Positions 26,066-39,451 of a stretch of 62,033 nt of DNA are shown here, in pieces; the stretch's first letter is position 1, and each line of letters starts with the position of its first letter. Both the position numbers and the translations under genes were made by a program. The stretch lies in NCBI GenBank assembly GCA_003427395.1, contig BFEA01000029.1:4066230-4128262 (forward strand), written 5' to 3'. The notes under the pieces were generated by a model. It was not told the origin of the DNA. It searched no databases and saw nothing but the letters and a program-made list of their open reading frames with translations. Origin of the DNA: Chara braunii (taxonomy: Eukaryota; Plantae; Charophyceae).

Positions 26066-29000
26066 TCAAGTATTTCCAATTAAGTGCGGCAGAAAAAAAT
26101 AAAAAATCAACTCATGTTTTACACAAAATATTACACAAATTTTCCTTACGTGAGGTAAGTGCTCACCTCGACGACTAGCTGCAATTTTCCCTTCAATATT
26201 GTATTCTTTCGCACCTCCCAACTGCCTTTCTTTGATAGGGGATTCTTCGATGGTTATTACAGGAACAACTGGGTTCAACTGTTGGAGAGGAGTTTCAAGT
26301 TTGTTATCTTTTCCTTCCTTCACAGGTGTGTGTTGCTCTGGAGTAGTCAGTACAATATGGCCTTCATCCTCTTCGATGTCGGGTGCTTGGATTGCTGCTT
26401 TCCGCACGAGCCCCTGAAGAGTGTCGTTTCTTCGTGCAATGACACATACAACAGGCGAATCCTGAGACCCTCCTTGTGCCTTCGCTAAAGATATCGGACT
26501 TCGAAATTCGGTAGGAATGTCGAAGTCGCCGCCGAGGGTCTCTTCATGCAATAGACTGTTAGACTCGACTTCCGGTTCGAGCTCCCCCACAAACATGGTT
26601 TCCTCCATTGTTGTTGCCGTTCCGCATGCAATAGGCGCATCCTGAGACCCTTGTCGTGNNTTCTCCGTCAATATCGGACTTNGAAAATCNGTAGGAATNT
26701 CCAAGTCGCCTCTGAGTGTCTTTTCATCGAGCGGAGTGGTAGGCTCGACCTGCGGTTCNGTCACCCCCGCAAACATGGTTTCATCCATTGATGTCCTAAG
26801 TCGCCCTTGACTTTCCAATCCGCATGACATAATATCCATAGACTCCCACATATGGTCATGCGGGCTGCCAATATTTGCCTTCTCGCCAACAGGGAAGACA
26901 CTTGTGCCGCTGGCATCATACCATACAACATCTGTCATTGTGGTACTTGTGAGTGTGAGTGTCGTGGTGGCACTTAGTCCACCTTCACAATCATCAACTT
27001 GTCTTTCTGCAGTGGACACTTTGACTTGCTGCGAACCACCGACATCGATACGTCCTCCTACAGGACCGCCGCTTCCCACGTGCTCGCGATGTGGTTGACC
27101 TCTTGTAGCACCTCTTGACGGCTGATTGGACGCAGGCCCTTGTGATGTCCCTCCACCTTCACCACTCCCTTTCTTATCATTTCCTCCCTCACCACCACTT
27201 GGGTGTCCAACTCCCTCTCCACTCGCACCACCGCTAGAACCTTGTCCTTTTCCCCTTCGGTGTCGTCATCCTCCTCAATATGCTAGTTGTATCCATATGC
27301 CGGGCTTGTTACTCTATCATAAAATTTTTCCAAGTACTCAAATCTTCGTAATGCTTTGAGTTCCTGGAAAATCTGCTGCTTCCTTGTGTCCACTCTTGAT
27401 GGGGAAACATTAGGATTGAGTCGAGAAAGCCGCATCTTGATCTGATCCTCTGCATGTGTATAAAACTTCGATTGCGCTATACGTCTGTGAGAACAAAATT
27501 GCCACTGCCCGTCTTGTTTTATTGCCATCACCCATTGTCCTTTCCCCAATGCCGGTTGAAAATGTTGTGGATGCCACACGATGTCGTGACCCCACTTATC
27601 ATCATCCATCATTGTATGGTCATCTCGACAAACGATAGGCCCCATCAATAATGCGATGTCCGCGGGGATCTTATCCCCAATCTCATACTCATACTCCAGC
27701 ACCTCTGCAGGTTCAGGTTCTTGTTGTGCGGTATGAGAACGAAGGAAACGTTGCAACAAAGCAGGGCTTTGTGCAAATCCTGTGAAACTCGTTAATAACT
27801 CGGGGGAGGGCTCAACACCGAACAAAGCTCTAAAGGCCGCCGCTGGATCGGACATCAATCCTGCAGATGATGACACTGTCGTTGCTAAAGCGGTCGTGCT
27901 GTCAGGAGGTGTAGTCAGTGGAAGTGTCGTTGTGTCGGCAAGCACGACACCAGAAATTCCAATTGAAGGAGTTCCTGATGACGTCCCTGTTGTAGCCATC
28001 TTTTGAGAAGACGAGGTACTTGTCCTTTCCCTTTCGCATGCCAAGGCCGTTTGCAAAGTACCATCGACACTTTCCTCTTCCGAATCTTCAGCATCGAACT
28101 CTTCACCCTCCGGAATGCAAGTTGCGTAGGCAGAGACTGTGAAAGCACCGATTCGTTCACCAAAATACATGATTTCCAATCGGTCGAGGAATGAAATCTC
28201 TTTGTCTGAAGAAGCTTTATGATAACCTCGTAGAAGGGTCTCAACTTTTCGCCTGCGAGCAACATATGCACGGTCTCTCCTGTTTTCAGGCCGCATCTCG
28301 AAAAGGAACTGCCAGATGTTCAACATATTTTGACCCACTTTGTGCACAAAATCACGAGCTTCATCATGGCGGGGTGGTGGCTTGATGAATTTCGCATGAT
28401 AATCTCGAGTGTCGACCATCTTGTTTATGAATTGTACAAGGAAGTCGAACTTCATGTCCTCTCCTTCCAAAACTACGCAGTGGCAATTACTTCTTAATAG
28501 CTCCCACACCAAAGCTGCATGACCCTTTCCCAAAAACACAATAGCTTCATCCACTGGACATAAGTGTTCCAACGTCTTTACCATTGCATTTGGGTCCCTC
28601 TCCATTCCTTCATATACAACTTTTTCTTTCGGCTCCATACCCGCCATTTTCCACTTCGTTGGCAGAAAGTTCTTCTCCAATACATCCGTGAGCACCTTTG
28701 GCTTCCGCTCTCGCCGCGCAAGTGTGGAAATGTCAGTTGCTCGAGTACTGAAAGATGGTCCCGTTGGTTGGATATCTTCGAACAACGGTATTGTATTCCG
28801 GTGGTAGTCCCCATCATTGGAATACATAATAAGCACCATTCTGTCCGCATCTTCCAATGACAAATTTGCAATCTTATACGGATGGCGGACCTTCTGTTGT
28901 TGTTGGTGAGTCCACTTCGCGACTAACATGTGAATATCCCACTGGACCACCCGGCTGAAAAAGGTCAGCTCACAGGACCGCGGAATGAAGCATATCAGCG

Positions 29001-32000
29001 TCCAATACTCCCCTCCCACCATTTTCATGAATTGCCAGAGTCCATCAAAAACCGGCTCTGTCCACTTGGCCATTTGAGTAGGATGGCACAAATCAAGCAC
29101 CCCTGTGTGACATGTCAGATGTCGGATGACCCTGTAGACCTCTTTACAATCCATGACATCTGAGACATCGCTAGGATCCGATTGGAAAAGCACAAAAACA
29201 GACTTCATATCTTGTTTTAGAAAGTGTATATATTCCGCTTGCCCGGATAAGCGAATGCTCTTTGAACCTCGCATTGCTGACCTATGTAACAACTTCTCTA
29301 CAAAACGCTCGAACTCTTCAAGACATTTCTCAACGAGCTTTTTGGTTTTCTCAAAACCTTGAAACAGTTCCCCTTTCTCATCTTCGCCTCCCAGAGTTGA
29401 CAAGAATGACTTTATCCAAGGCAAATCTTTAAAATGTTGCCTCTGATCAACCCATCTCTCATATGTAAGGCCCTGATCGTGATAGCTGTCGAATAAATCA
29501 ACCAGGTCCATGAAAAAAGGGTCCTTCCAATCGGACGGCTTCTTCGCCGCGTCTGAAACAAAGACGAAGTAATGAAACATTCACAACATCGCTCTCTCCG
29601 TCTCCACGACTTCAACATATGTTTCCATTGAATGCAACCCGGCATCTTTCGCAACTTTGTTTTGCTTTGGAGCCAAGATCACAGCACCTCCTAAGACATC
29701 ATGCAAGATTTGCAGCCGCTCACGCCTGCCCAAAGTGGAAGTGATTTCCATGACCTGACATCCGGATCATGAACAGGAACAAGGAAACCCGTTCCTTTCG
29801 TGTTTGGTATCCAATGCACAGGAACTCTAGATCCACCCTTCACCTCAAAATCGGGACCCGACTTTTGTGTTTTTCCTGCTTCACCTTGTTTCGTGACAGG
29901 CTTCACCGCGTCTCTTCCTGTCAATTGTCCGCTTTCCCAAGCCGCATACACCTGCTCCACTTTTTCAAATACATCGTCAGATGCCCTGACTAGGATCATG
30001 TAAGGACCGAGGAAGTCCGACCATTCTGAACTCCACTGACCAAGTGGCATACTAATGTAATGTTATATACCAGTCACTCTAAGCGCCTCCCCTGCAAATT
30101 TCCTATATTCCGCATTTTTTATATCAGCTCCCTGACCACCTTTGGCATCAGGACAGTCGGACGCCTTCCATAACTTCCTGATATCTCGAACTACAATGCT
30201 CTAATGAGGCGGAGTGTTCCATTTGTCCTTTGCATTATGGAATGTGCTCAACGTTCCATAGTTATCCATGAACTGGTCCGGATAATAAACAGGCCTGGCT
30301 GTCCAATAATCGAGTCGCAACTCTTTTGACACAGCCGGATTTTAGCGAAAACATCTCCTTGCTGCCGCCACATTGTGTTGACCACTGAGAGGGTACCAAA
30401 AATACTTATCCAGCGGCTTTCTCTGGAAGTAGTAAGGAGTAACCCTTCTTGCTCGCACAACTTCACCCTTCGAGTTTGTATGAAGCTGGTCATGCACTGC
30501 CACTAACAACAATATAGGTTTCTCATACAACGGACTTGTGCTCAACCCTGTCCTGCTCGTTGTCCTTTCACGAATAGCCGCTTCAACTGATGTTACCATC
30601 GCTTCGTAGATCTCATCAACGTGATTTTGGCCGAGAAATCTCTTGTTATATCTAAACTCTTCATCTGGAATGTCCAAAATCTTTTGGAATTCGACGGTGA
30701 TAAATTGTGTCTCGCTCTTTTGGGTATCGTCTGGATTGAAGTCCAGAAAGAATCCCTTCCCGAGATGCAAAGTGGCTGGCTCACTTGGCGACAGTTGCAA
30801 TCTTGATGGCCGCGTGACAATTTTGCCTTTCCCCTCATCGCCAGACTGTGGTTGTTCAAAGGCGGGGAAAATTGCCGTCTTTTCCATCGTACCTCCCTTT
30901 GCTACTCTCTTTTTCCGCGTTGGCTTTTATTTTGCAGCAGCTTCTACATCGCGAGTACGTTGGACTGCTTCATCCATTGGCAGTGGCTGCACCTGTCTTT
31001 TTTGAGGTTGCTCCTTCCTGCTCTTTTTTTGGTCGATACTTTTTCTCCTCTTCTGCCTAGCTTTCCTTTTCTTATCCTCAACAGCCGTAGTCGGCGATGA
31101 TGTAGTTGTTCCTTCTTCGATACTTTTTCTCCTCTTCTGCATTCTCCTCTCTTGTTCAGATTTTACACCGGGTTTGTGTTGCAGCTCGTCCACATGCCAA
31201 CCCTCTTCTTGCTCCTGCACATCTTCGGAGTGCTCGTCATCGCTCTTCTCCTTCCTCTTAATGCACAGCCCAGCATTAACACTTGAGTGTCGTCCTCTCT
31301 CTAACTCCTCGGCTTGCATCCGTTTATGGCCTTCCCTCTCACAAAAAGTTTATTCACTATCCTTTTTTTCCTCTCCTTGGCTTCCACCACTTCTCTCCTG
31401 TGAACCTTCCTCTTCCTCTTCCCTCTTTGTTCCTTCTTCGCTGCTCCCTTCCCCGAATCTTCGAAATACAAAGGTTTCTCATGACGTTGCATAGCACCGT
31501 ACATGCTCGAGTGCTCCTCATGACCGTGCACAGCGGCACCATACATACTTTACGAACGCACAATGTCGTGCAGTACATCCAGTGGCTTTTTCGCTGCTAA
31601 ACCACAGATCTTCTTCGGCGCCGGCGGTGGAACCTGTGCCTGAGCGAGGCCCTTGGCAGCGATCTGACCCGCTTTCGGGACAATCGGCGTGGACGTTGAC
31701 AGCCGGAGCGATATGGCACCCACAGTTGGTCGCATTATTCCCGACGACTATCCGAGTGCAGCTGCTGACATAACACTTTTTGGTTCTGTCACGGCATCAT
31801 CCTTGTGAGCCACAGCCCCATGGCCTCGAATCACATTCGTGTCGAAGAACTCGAACACTTCAATTAGATCAGGCAATCTCAGTTGAAGACTCGGATTTGG
31901 ATTGAAGTTATCCAAATGTGATTTTTACCATATCCCTTATGGTTACTCCACCTGACAACAACATATTTCATATCCGGAACTCTCTGGCCTTTGTCGTTGA

Positions 32001-32601
32001 GGAGCATAGTCAATTCGAAAGTCGCAAACTGATTGTCCCTCTCCGCCCAAGATGCAATACCGCCTACCGGTCTGAGTTGCTCTCGCAAAACGACGAACAG
32101 AAGCAGACCACTTCCAGCCGATATCGCCTGCCCGGTCCAACATCCAGAATTTGTCTTTTTAGTCGACAATAGGCATGGTGTCCGACACCCCATGCACAGA
32201 CCTCTCAGCGGAGCCCGAATGCCGCGCTGTCTCTTCTGCGCATTGTCGACGACCACCACTAGATCCTTGACCACGAACACCACCAGACCCTTGACCACGA
32301 CCACCACCAGAACCTTGAGCACTCCCCACAATCCGGACATGGTGTTCTACCTCCCTGCCTTGATCATCCCCAATGGTGACTCCGCGCACCTGAAAGAGGT
32401 GTACCTGAAAGAGGCGTACGTTGCTGCACAGGCGTCTGCATTGCTGAGCTCGATGACCGGCGTTGTACTGTCGCCCTAAATCCTGGCGTCTCTTCTTTAT
32501 CCACCCCGGTGACTGGGTTCCCTTCAATTTTTTGGGCGAGTGCTCGACACTGGCAGAGCTCCTGGTTCTAAAGTGTTTCGCTTGTTGCTCTGTAGCATCC
32601 A
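26066..32601 (-). pseudogene. Large cargo gene remnant: K/E-rich region, ParB/Srx-like domain, degenerate N4/N6 DNA-methylase-like fold, low-complexity tail
   Basis: Chain of minus-strand ORFs (30927-31319, 30342-30887, 29691-30050, 27283-29580 [765 aa], 26066-27079). Motifs YEKPILLLV..YPLSGQHNVAAAR and ERDPNAMVKTLEHLCPVDEAIVFLGKGHAALVWELLRSNCHCVVLE. Domain names come from motif resemblance; the 5' boundary is uncertain. Confidence 0.6.
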
Positions 32602-34889
32602 TTCTGCAGAGTCGAGCGGAGTCTAGTAACAGCCGAGCTGTTATGCCAAAACAATCAACAACGCAAAGCAGTAAATGCGAAACTCCTTCAAGGCGGACAA
32701 ACATACATTTGCACCGCCCACTCTTAGAACACAACTTTTGAATGACATTTTAGAGGATGAGGTTATCGTTTTCGACACGACAACGCCGAGAGACGAGCAA
32801 TAGCCGAGACCTTGTAATTGTGGCCAACACGACAAGACTACTAATAGTCGAGACCACGTTATCATGTCCGACACGACAACCTGGACGGATATCAGTAATA
32901 ATTCAGCTGTCGTTCAGAAACACAGTCGACAGACAAATCCCCTTCGATCAACACTGCACTAGATAGCATTGTCGTGTCCGACGCGACAACCCGGCACAGC
33001 GACTGGTGGCAAAGACCCACCCCCTGCGATACGACCATGCCGAAGAGCGGGTTAATGAGTGGGCTATCGAGGTGTCGGGCGCAATCGGTCCGGCACCGCA
33101 CGGGGGCAGCGCGGGACCCTCCCGGCCGCGTCACGCAGGACCTGGTTTTTACAACCCTCCGTCGCAGATATACATGGAGCTTCCACAAGCCGCTCCGGCC
33201 GGGTGCGCCAGCCATACCTCTCGCGAGCCCCTACGACAGGATAGGGCCTACGCGAGGCACGACTTACCTACACCTTACGGGAGCTGTCACCTCCCTTCGG
33301 TGGACGTATCCCCGCCGAGCTACCAGTCCACAGTACGAAAGCTAATCAGCTGCAATCGCAGAGGTGGACCAGCCGAGGGCGTTTCTCGTTCGCTGTAGCA
33401 TAGGGGGTACGCGCGATAATACGCCTCTATCGGACCCGCACGCGAACCAACATCTTGGGGGGGCTGAGGTCCCAAGCGCGACTCATCGTCGGTCGACTAG
33501 GACGCTTCCCACACACCACGCGCACTCCTCGTTACGAACACAAAGACATAAAAACATGTACGCGCACACGTACGAAACGACACAACACAAACAACGCGAC
33601 AACGGTCCTAGCCCCTCGGTAGCCGTCCCATAACTTTCGAACGCAAAAATCGAATAGCCGTCGCGCGCGGGACTTAGGATAAAAACGCGCGGACGCAGGG
33701 CCTACTCATGTCGACTCGCAATGCAAACGTANGCAAGCAGTCGCAATGATGGCGTACTATGTAGTGCCCATAATCAAGCGGTCCCTCGTGGNTCCGAGTA
33801 CCGCTTATGACACTCAAGTGTCAGACTTGAAGTGTCGTGANGGCCTAACCCTTCACGACATTGCACGGCTGAAGNAAATAGTCGTGCAGCCGCCGCTACG
33901 CCTTAGGCTCTTGACCTGAGCGTCTCGGTAGGCAAATCAAATAGACTCTGNGCGAGGGAAAACCCCTCCCCAGCAGAGCCTAGGGCTTGGGATGTCCTGG
34001 ACAAGGACCTCGAATCCCAGCCCAGGACTAACGTCCGACTAAGAAAATCCTCAAAAGCAAGAATAAAAAATAGAAGTAGGGGCCTCCCATAAGTTCTTCA
34101 GTCCCAACTTCTGGATGGGGCTTTAATATGGGGATTCTTCAACCGATGCAAACACTTATCCCAAGCATGCCCATTTATACATATATAAGGATCAAATATG
34201 TGACGATCGCTCCTCATGGTTTCGCTGGGGTTTTCTCACAATAATACGCATATGTGTGATCGCAGGCAACCAAATCCAGAATCTGATTCACAGCACATAC
34301 CTGCCATCATATCAACAAAACAAATCAACAGCCCACACACTACACGAAGTCAACCCCAACCACCTTCGACGCTCATACCCCTTGCTTTAGCCATGCAAGC
34401 CCCAAACCTCCTGTCCAACCAACCTTAATTAAAATACTCAGTACCTTTGTTAAATGGTCATTCAATAAAAGTCTGGGTGAAACCTTAATAAAACAACGAA
34501 AATCACCTGGGCTAAAGCCTTTTAGGTTGAGTGTAGAGGGAGAGTTGAAATTGAGTCGTAAACCGACGGATCGGCAACCGACCTGTTATCAGTGATAACA
34601 GNTGATGATCCTCNAGGGATCAAGCTGGATCTAACCCTGAACTTNGATCAAATGATCNAAAAGACCTGTAACACATGGCAGGCCAATCCCCAAGCTAAGA
34701 TCATAAGTGTATGGAGAATACAGCTTCATAATACATCCTCAATTAAAATTTTCTTATAAACTTAGCCTCAGTCTCCTTTTTAAGTCGGTGCTTAAGTCAA
34801 AGGTANGCCAACTGCAGAACCCCCCCCCTATTCTGGGTGGNTNGCCTGAATTTTCACCTGTNAAAATATAACCTATCTCCTCTACACTA

Positions 34890-35590
34890 AGAAAAATTTC
34901 GGCAGCGCTTCCCGTAGGAAAAGTGCCTTTTCAGAATTTATATAAGCCCAGATATGAAAAATATAAATAATTTCTAACTCTGGAAAGCCAAAATTTGTCT
35001 AACTCCCTGAGTTAGTAGAAATTTGGGCAGCACTCCCTTTAGAAAAGGAGACTTTCCAGATTTATACTAAGCCAGATACAAAGCAGGAGATAATCTCTAA
35101 CTCCTGGAAAGTCAAATTATGTCTAACTCTCTGAATTAGTAGAAATTTTGGCAGCACTCCCTTTAGAAAAGGAGNGGCAGCACTCCCTTTAGAAAAGGAG
35201 ACTTTCCAGATTTATACTAAGTCAGATATGAACTCGAACAACAGCTCGGGCTCAACTTTTTAGGCTAAATTTTAACTAACTCCTTAATATTTTGCAGAAA
35301 TTTTCGGCAGCACTCCCTCTAGAAAAGTGCTATTCCAAAATTTGTACAAGGCTAAGTTCAGAATTTCGAGAATAACTTTGGTTTCTCAAAGTCCAATTTT
35401 GTCTAACCCCCTGAATTAGTAAAAATTTGGGCAGCACTCCCTCTAGAAAAGGAGATTTTCCAGATTTATACTAATCCATATATGGAAAAGACAAGCTGAA
35501 CTCTGACAAGTCAAAGTTGACTAACTTCTTGATTTGTAGAAATTTCGGCAGCGCTTCCCGTAGGAAAAGTAGCTTGCCAAGATTTATACA
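34890..35590 (-). repeat. 6-7 copies of a ~120-155 nt unit (AAATTTNGGCAGCRCTYCC..AGAAAA on +), shared with element A
   Basis: Copies at ~34895, 35020, 35143, 35176 (partial), 35299, 35423 and 35541. Confidence 0.8.
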
Positions 35591-35879
35591 AGGCCAAGAA
35601 TAAGNAACGATNTTCNGAAAATGCAAGAATTAACCTAAGTAAAAAAAGTTGTTGCAGAAAAATGCACGAATTGACACTAACTCCTATAGCTCTAGCACGT
35701 GGCGAGCAACTAAAGCAACTACNTATAGTAATGAACTTAAGCAAACTAGCCATCCCATCCAGTCACATGCAAACCAACCCACCAATGTAAGTACTCTCAC
35801 CACCCCAAATTCATTCCATATAAATAGTTCGTGAATCTTCAAGTTCTTGAATCCTTATACCCATCTTATATAAGACATA

Positions 35880-36580
35880 GAGATGGATCATTCACCATGG
35901 AAACAATGCCCAGCCTGTCTTTATGATATACACGAACAGGTTTCACAACTACTTCTCTCTTCCTTTGGGCAGATGACTAGGCCATTCGCCATGGAAACAA
36001 TGCCTAGTCGCCCTGAGCTGTTTAATATCCAAAAATTTAGTACTTCNCTGACTTTGTTTTCAAAAAAAAAAAAAAAAAGGAAAAGCACATACGGGCAGGG
36101 GACTGAACCATCCACAGTAGGAACAATGTTCAGCTTGCCCAACTATTTCCATTTATACTTTGTATTTTCCTTTTTCTCTTCTTAATGATATGGCTTAACG
36201 CTGGACCATTCACAGTAGAAACAATGTCCAGCTGCCAGTTCACATGCAAATATATATAAAATACTTTCCTTTATACTTAGCTTAAATTATGTGCGTGGTT
36301 TTTAGGCTAAACCATTCACCATGGAAACAATGCTTAGCCTTAGACCAAAAATCCTCCCTCGGAATAAACAAGAACTCAAACTCCTTCAATCAGGCAAACC
36401 CCCAGAGTTAACTAGAGCAACCAGGCCATTCACCATGGAAACAATGCCTGGTTCCCCANAAAACAACTAAATAAACACAGCAACCAGGCCATTCACCTTG
36501 GAAACAATGCCTGGTCCTTCAGAAAACAGTCCAAATAAACACAGTCCTAAGCCATTCACAGTAGAAACAATGCTCAGGCT
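35880..36580 (-). repeat. Array of 8 hairpins with conserved core CATTGTTTC(CATG/TACT)GTGAATGG and variable complementary outer stems
   Basis: + strand cores CATTCAC....GAAACAATG at 35889, 35983, 36109, 36207, 36313, 36427, 36490 and 36553. Confidence 0.88.
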
Positions 36581-39451
36581 TTTGGTTGACCCGGTCAAAC
36601 GCATGCAGTCTACCTTCCTCCCACCTTCCCCCATTTCATACCTTAGTCTGCTTTCAGTCACAAATAAACTGAAACTTATGCTTCACTCTCACACATTCTT
36701 TCCATTCAATCTGATTAAGTCCTGAAGAGAAACCAAAAACCATAGGGACAACACATGCATACCGCAATCATACTACAGGGAGATAGGCAAACATGGGTAG
36801 TGGTAGGTTTTATACAGATAAAGATGATTTACCTGAAGGTTCCCTGCCTCCAGAACTCCTCCTGAGTTTCGGCAGAGCTCCCGCAATCGGTGGGTGGACT
36901 CCCCACAGAGTCTTGATGCGGACCTACGGGTTGCAATCCCCGCCCGCCGCCTTCCTCTTGTAACCAGACCAGACTTAGAGGGAGAAGGGCAGATAGAGAC
37001 AGTTTTTAGACTCTCAGATCTAAGAAGGGTGCTCTCAGACTCGCAGGAGAGGGCCTTGTTGCCTCGATGCGCCTGAGGGCCCCACAATGGCGACCAATGT
37101 GACAGCTTGGTCAATCCANCAGTTAATCGTCAAAGTTCACTTTCTGCCGACCTCCATAATCACAACACTAACCTTCTTCGCCACTATCCCACTGAGCTGC
37201 AACAGCAGCCTCCTTTCCCCGAGTCCAATTNCTCCCNCCCNCCAAGTCTATCCGCTGTAGTACCGCAGGCTGCGACAGTCGGCCACAANCGCTGCGGTAT
37301 GCAATAGTGCGTAGCAATCAATCATCAGGTTNCAGCAGTAGGCGACTTCCAGCAGGTGGTGACAGCCTGTGAACTTTTGAGAGTCGCGGTTGTGCACAGT
37401 TGCCAGCAACAGTTCGCATGTAGTTCGTAGCACCATCAGACCGCAACAACAGTCNGGACACAATCCGCAATAACTTGTGATCTGTGCCTGGCCAAATAGT
37501 AACTGCAGTTGTGCACAGCGGTAGTTAACAATAGCAGCAGTCCCCAACAGCCTCGGCGGTTTGTACACAATACGTAGCAGCAGTCCGTGCACAGTCAACG
37601 GACGCACCCGCAGTCTGTACACAGTGCACAGCAATTAGAAGCAACCAACAACAGTCTACCACAGGATGCCAGTAGTATGTAGCAGTATAAGGCAGTGCGC
37701 AGCCGTAGGCAGCAGTTGCAATACCGCACCCGCAAACTTAGCTTGTCAATGAGCTCCTCCCTGTGCTGCAGTAAGGGTGCCTCGTCGGTAACTGCTTTGC
37801 CCCCCCCCCCTTTCCAAGTTGGCTTTCAGTGCACAGACTACTGCTACACCTGCGTATTGGCCAAGTATCCTGTTTGGCTCCCGTAGCAGCCACACGGAGC
37901 GCATGAAGATGCTGACTTAACAACCATTGTCAAGACCGGGTACGTGCACCCACTGCTTCAAGCTTCAAACAATGGGGCGGGCGGCCCACCTGCACACTGG
38001 CCAGCACCAGAGCGCAGACGATTCCCACACACGCCATCACCTACAGGCCACACAGACATCCCAATCGAAGTCACATTCAGCTCCCTGACCGGCAGCCTCT
38101 CCCTCATCCCAGTATACTCCTGTCCGTACCTGGGCCACTATTCCACAAGTAAGTGCTCGCCCCCTCCCCATCATATATGGCTGCAGAACGATCTTCCTGC
38201 CACAGTTCGCTGCCAATGCGAACATACCAAATTGGGGTGGGCCGCCCACTACACTGCGGGAGTATGCGTTGCCTCTTAAATAGGGGGGGAAAAAACGGTC
38301 TCCTACGATTATAAGATATGTAGAAACAAAAATAAAATATATAAAAAAAATAGAAAAAAAAGTAATAAGATTTTCGTTCGAACGTGGGAATATACACCGC
38401 TGCCCTTCAGGTACGTACTTCGTTCGTTCTTCTCTACCCTGGTTCGAACCCCCCCCTTTTCCTTTTTCGTTACCTCCTATCAACAAGATGAGCAAGATTG
38501 GGAATGAATCTTTCGCTAAAGCGTGGCCAGGTGCAGCCGCCCGCTGCCAACCCCGTCGCGTTCGCGCAACCTTTCTCCCTTCCAGCTCCTTACCTGCTAA
38601 CCTACCGCTAAAACCGATGCCAGATCCCGATTTGCCCGGGGGTAAAACCCCGGAATCAAATCTCTTCCTTCCCGTTTTCGTCAAGGAACGGGAAGGATCG
38701 ACATTTTCCCACTCCTTCTCATTTGCTTCTCCCCATAGCCACGGCGCACTGTTTTCCTTATCTACCTCCACCTCCACTAACTCTCCGTTAGATCTAACCT
38801 GGGATTCGGATTCGCCCCTCACAGAAAACCTTCACCTATTTACCTCCTCCCATCCGATTCCGCCGTCTTTCGGTTAGTTGTCTCGACTCTCCGCTTCTCT
38901 CTCACCTCTCTACTCCATAGCCACTGCGCAGGCTTTTCTCTACTAATCTCCCTCTACGCTAATCTAGCACTAAAACTAACCTCATTAACGTACTCGCCCT
39001 ATATAAGAACACCTATATAGGCTTTTTCCCCGCCCAAATCCGTGAAGTATCGCGTTCACCATCGTTTTCTTCTCTGCGCCCGAATTTCTCTTCCGCCATC
39101 CCATTTCCCGCATGCACCTGGCGCAAATACCCAGCAAAGTTCGTGTCATTATTTTCCCTTCCTCTGTTCCTTCTTTCTACACCTACTACCTCATCTCCCT
39201 GGCTCTCCGCTCAACCGTGCGCTACCTCAGGTCTCAGGAGCATTGTCTTCTTCCGACGGCCTTCTTTCCCGTAATCACCCTCACCGTCGAAAGTACCCGG
39301 CGCAATATCGCGCCCGGGTTCATTCAACTCCCTCTGCCTTGCTTTCGGCCGTCCCGTTCGCTGCGCTATCACTCCATCTCTCAGCCGGGTTGACGTCACC
39401 CCGGCGCTTTAAACGCGGTACGGTCCGACAGTCAGTCAAATGCCAAAGTGC

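Noticed and set aside
38037-38822. 261-aa ORF inside element B
   Set aside because: Non-ATG start, runs through low-complexity T-rich sequence, and has no recognisable domain.
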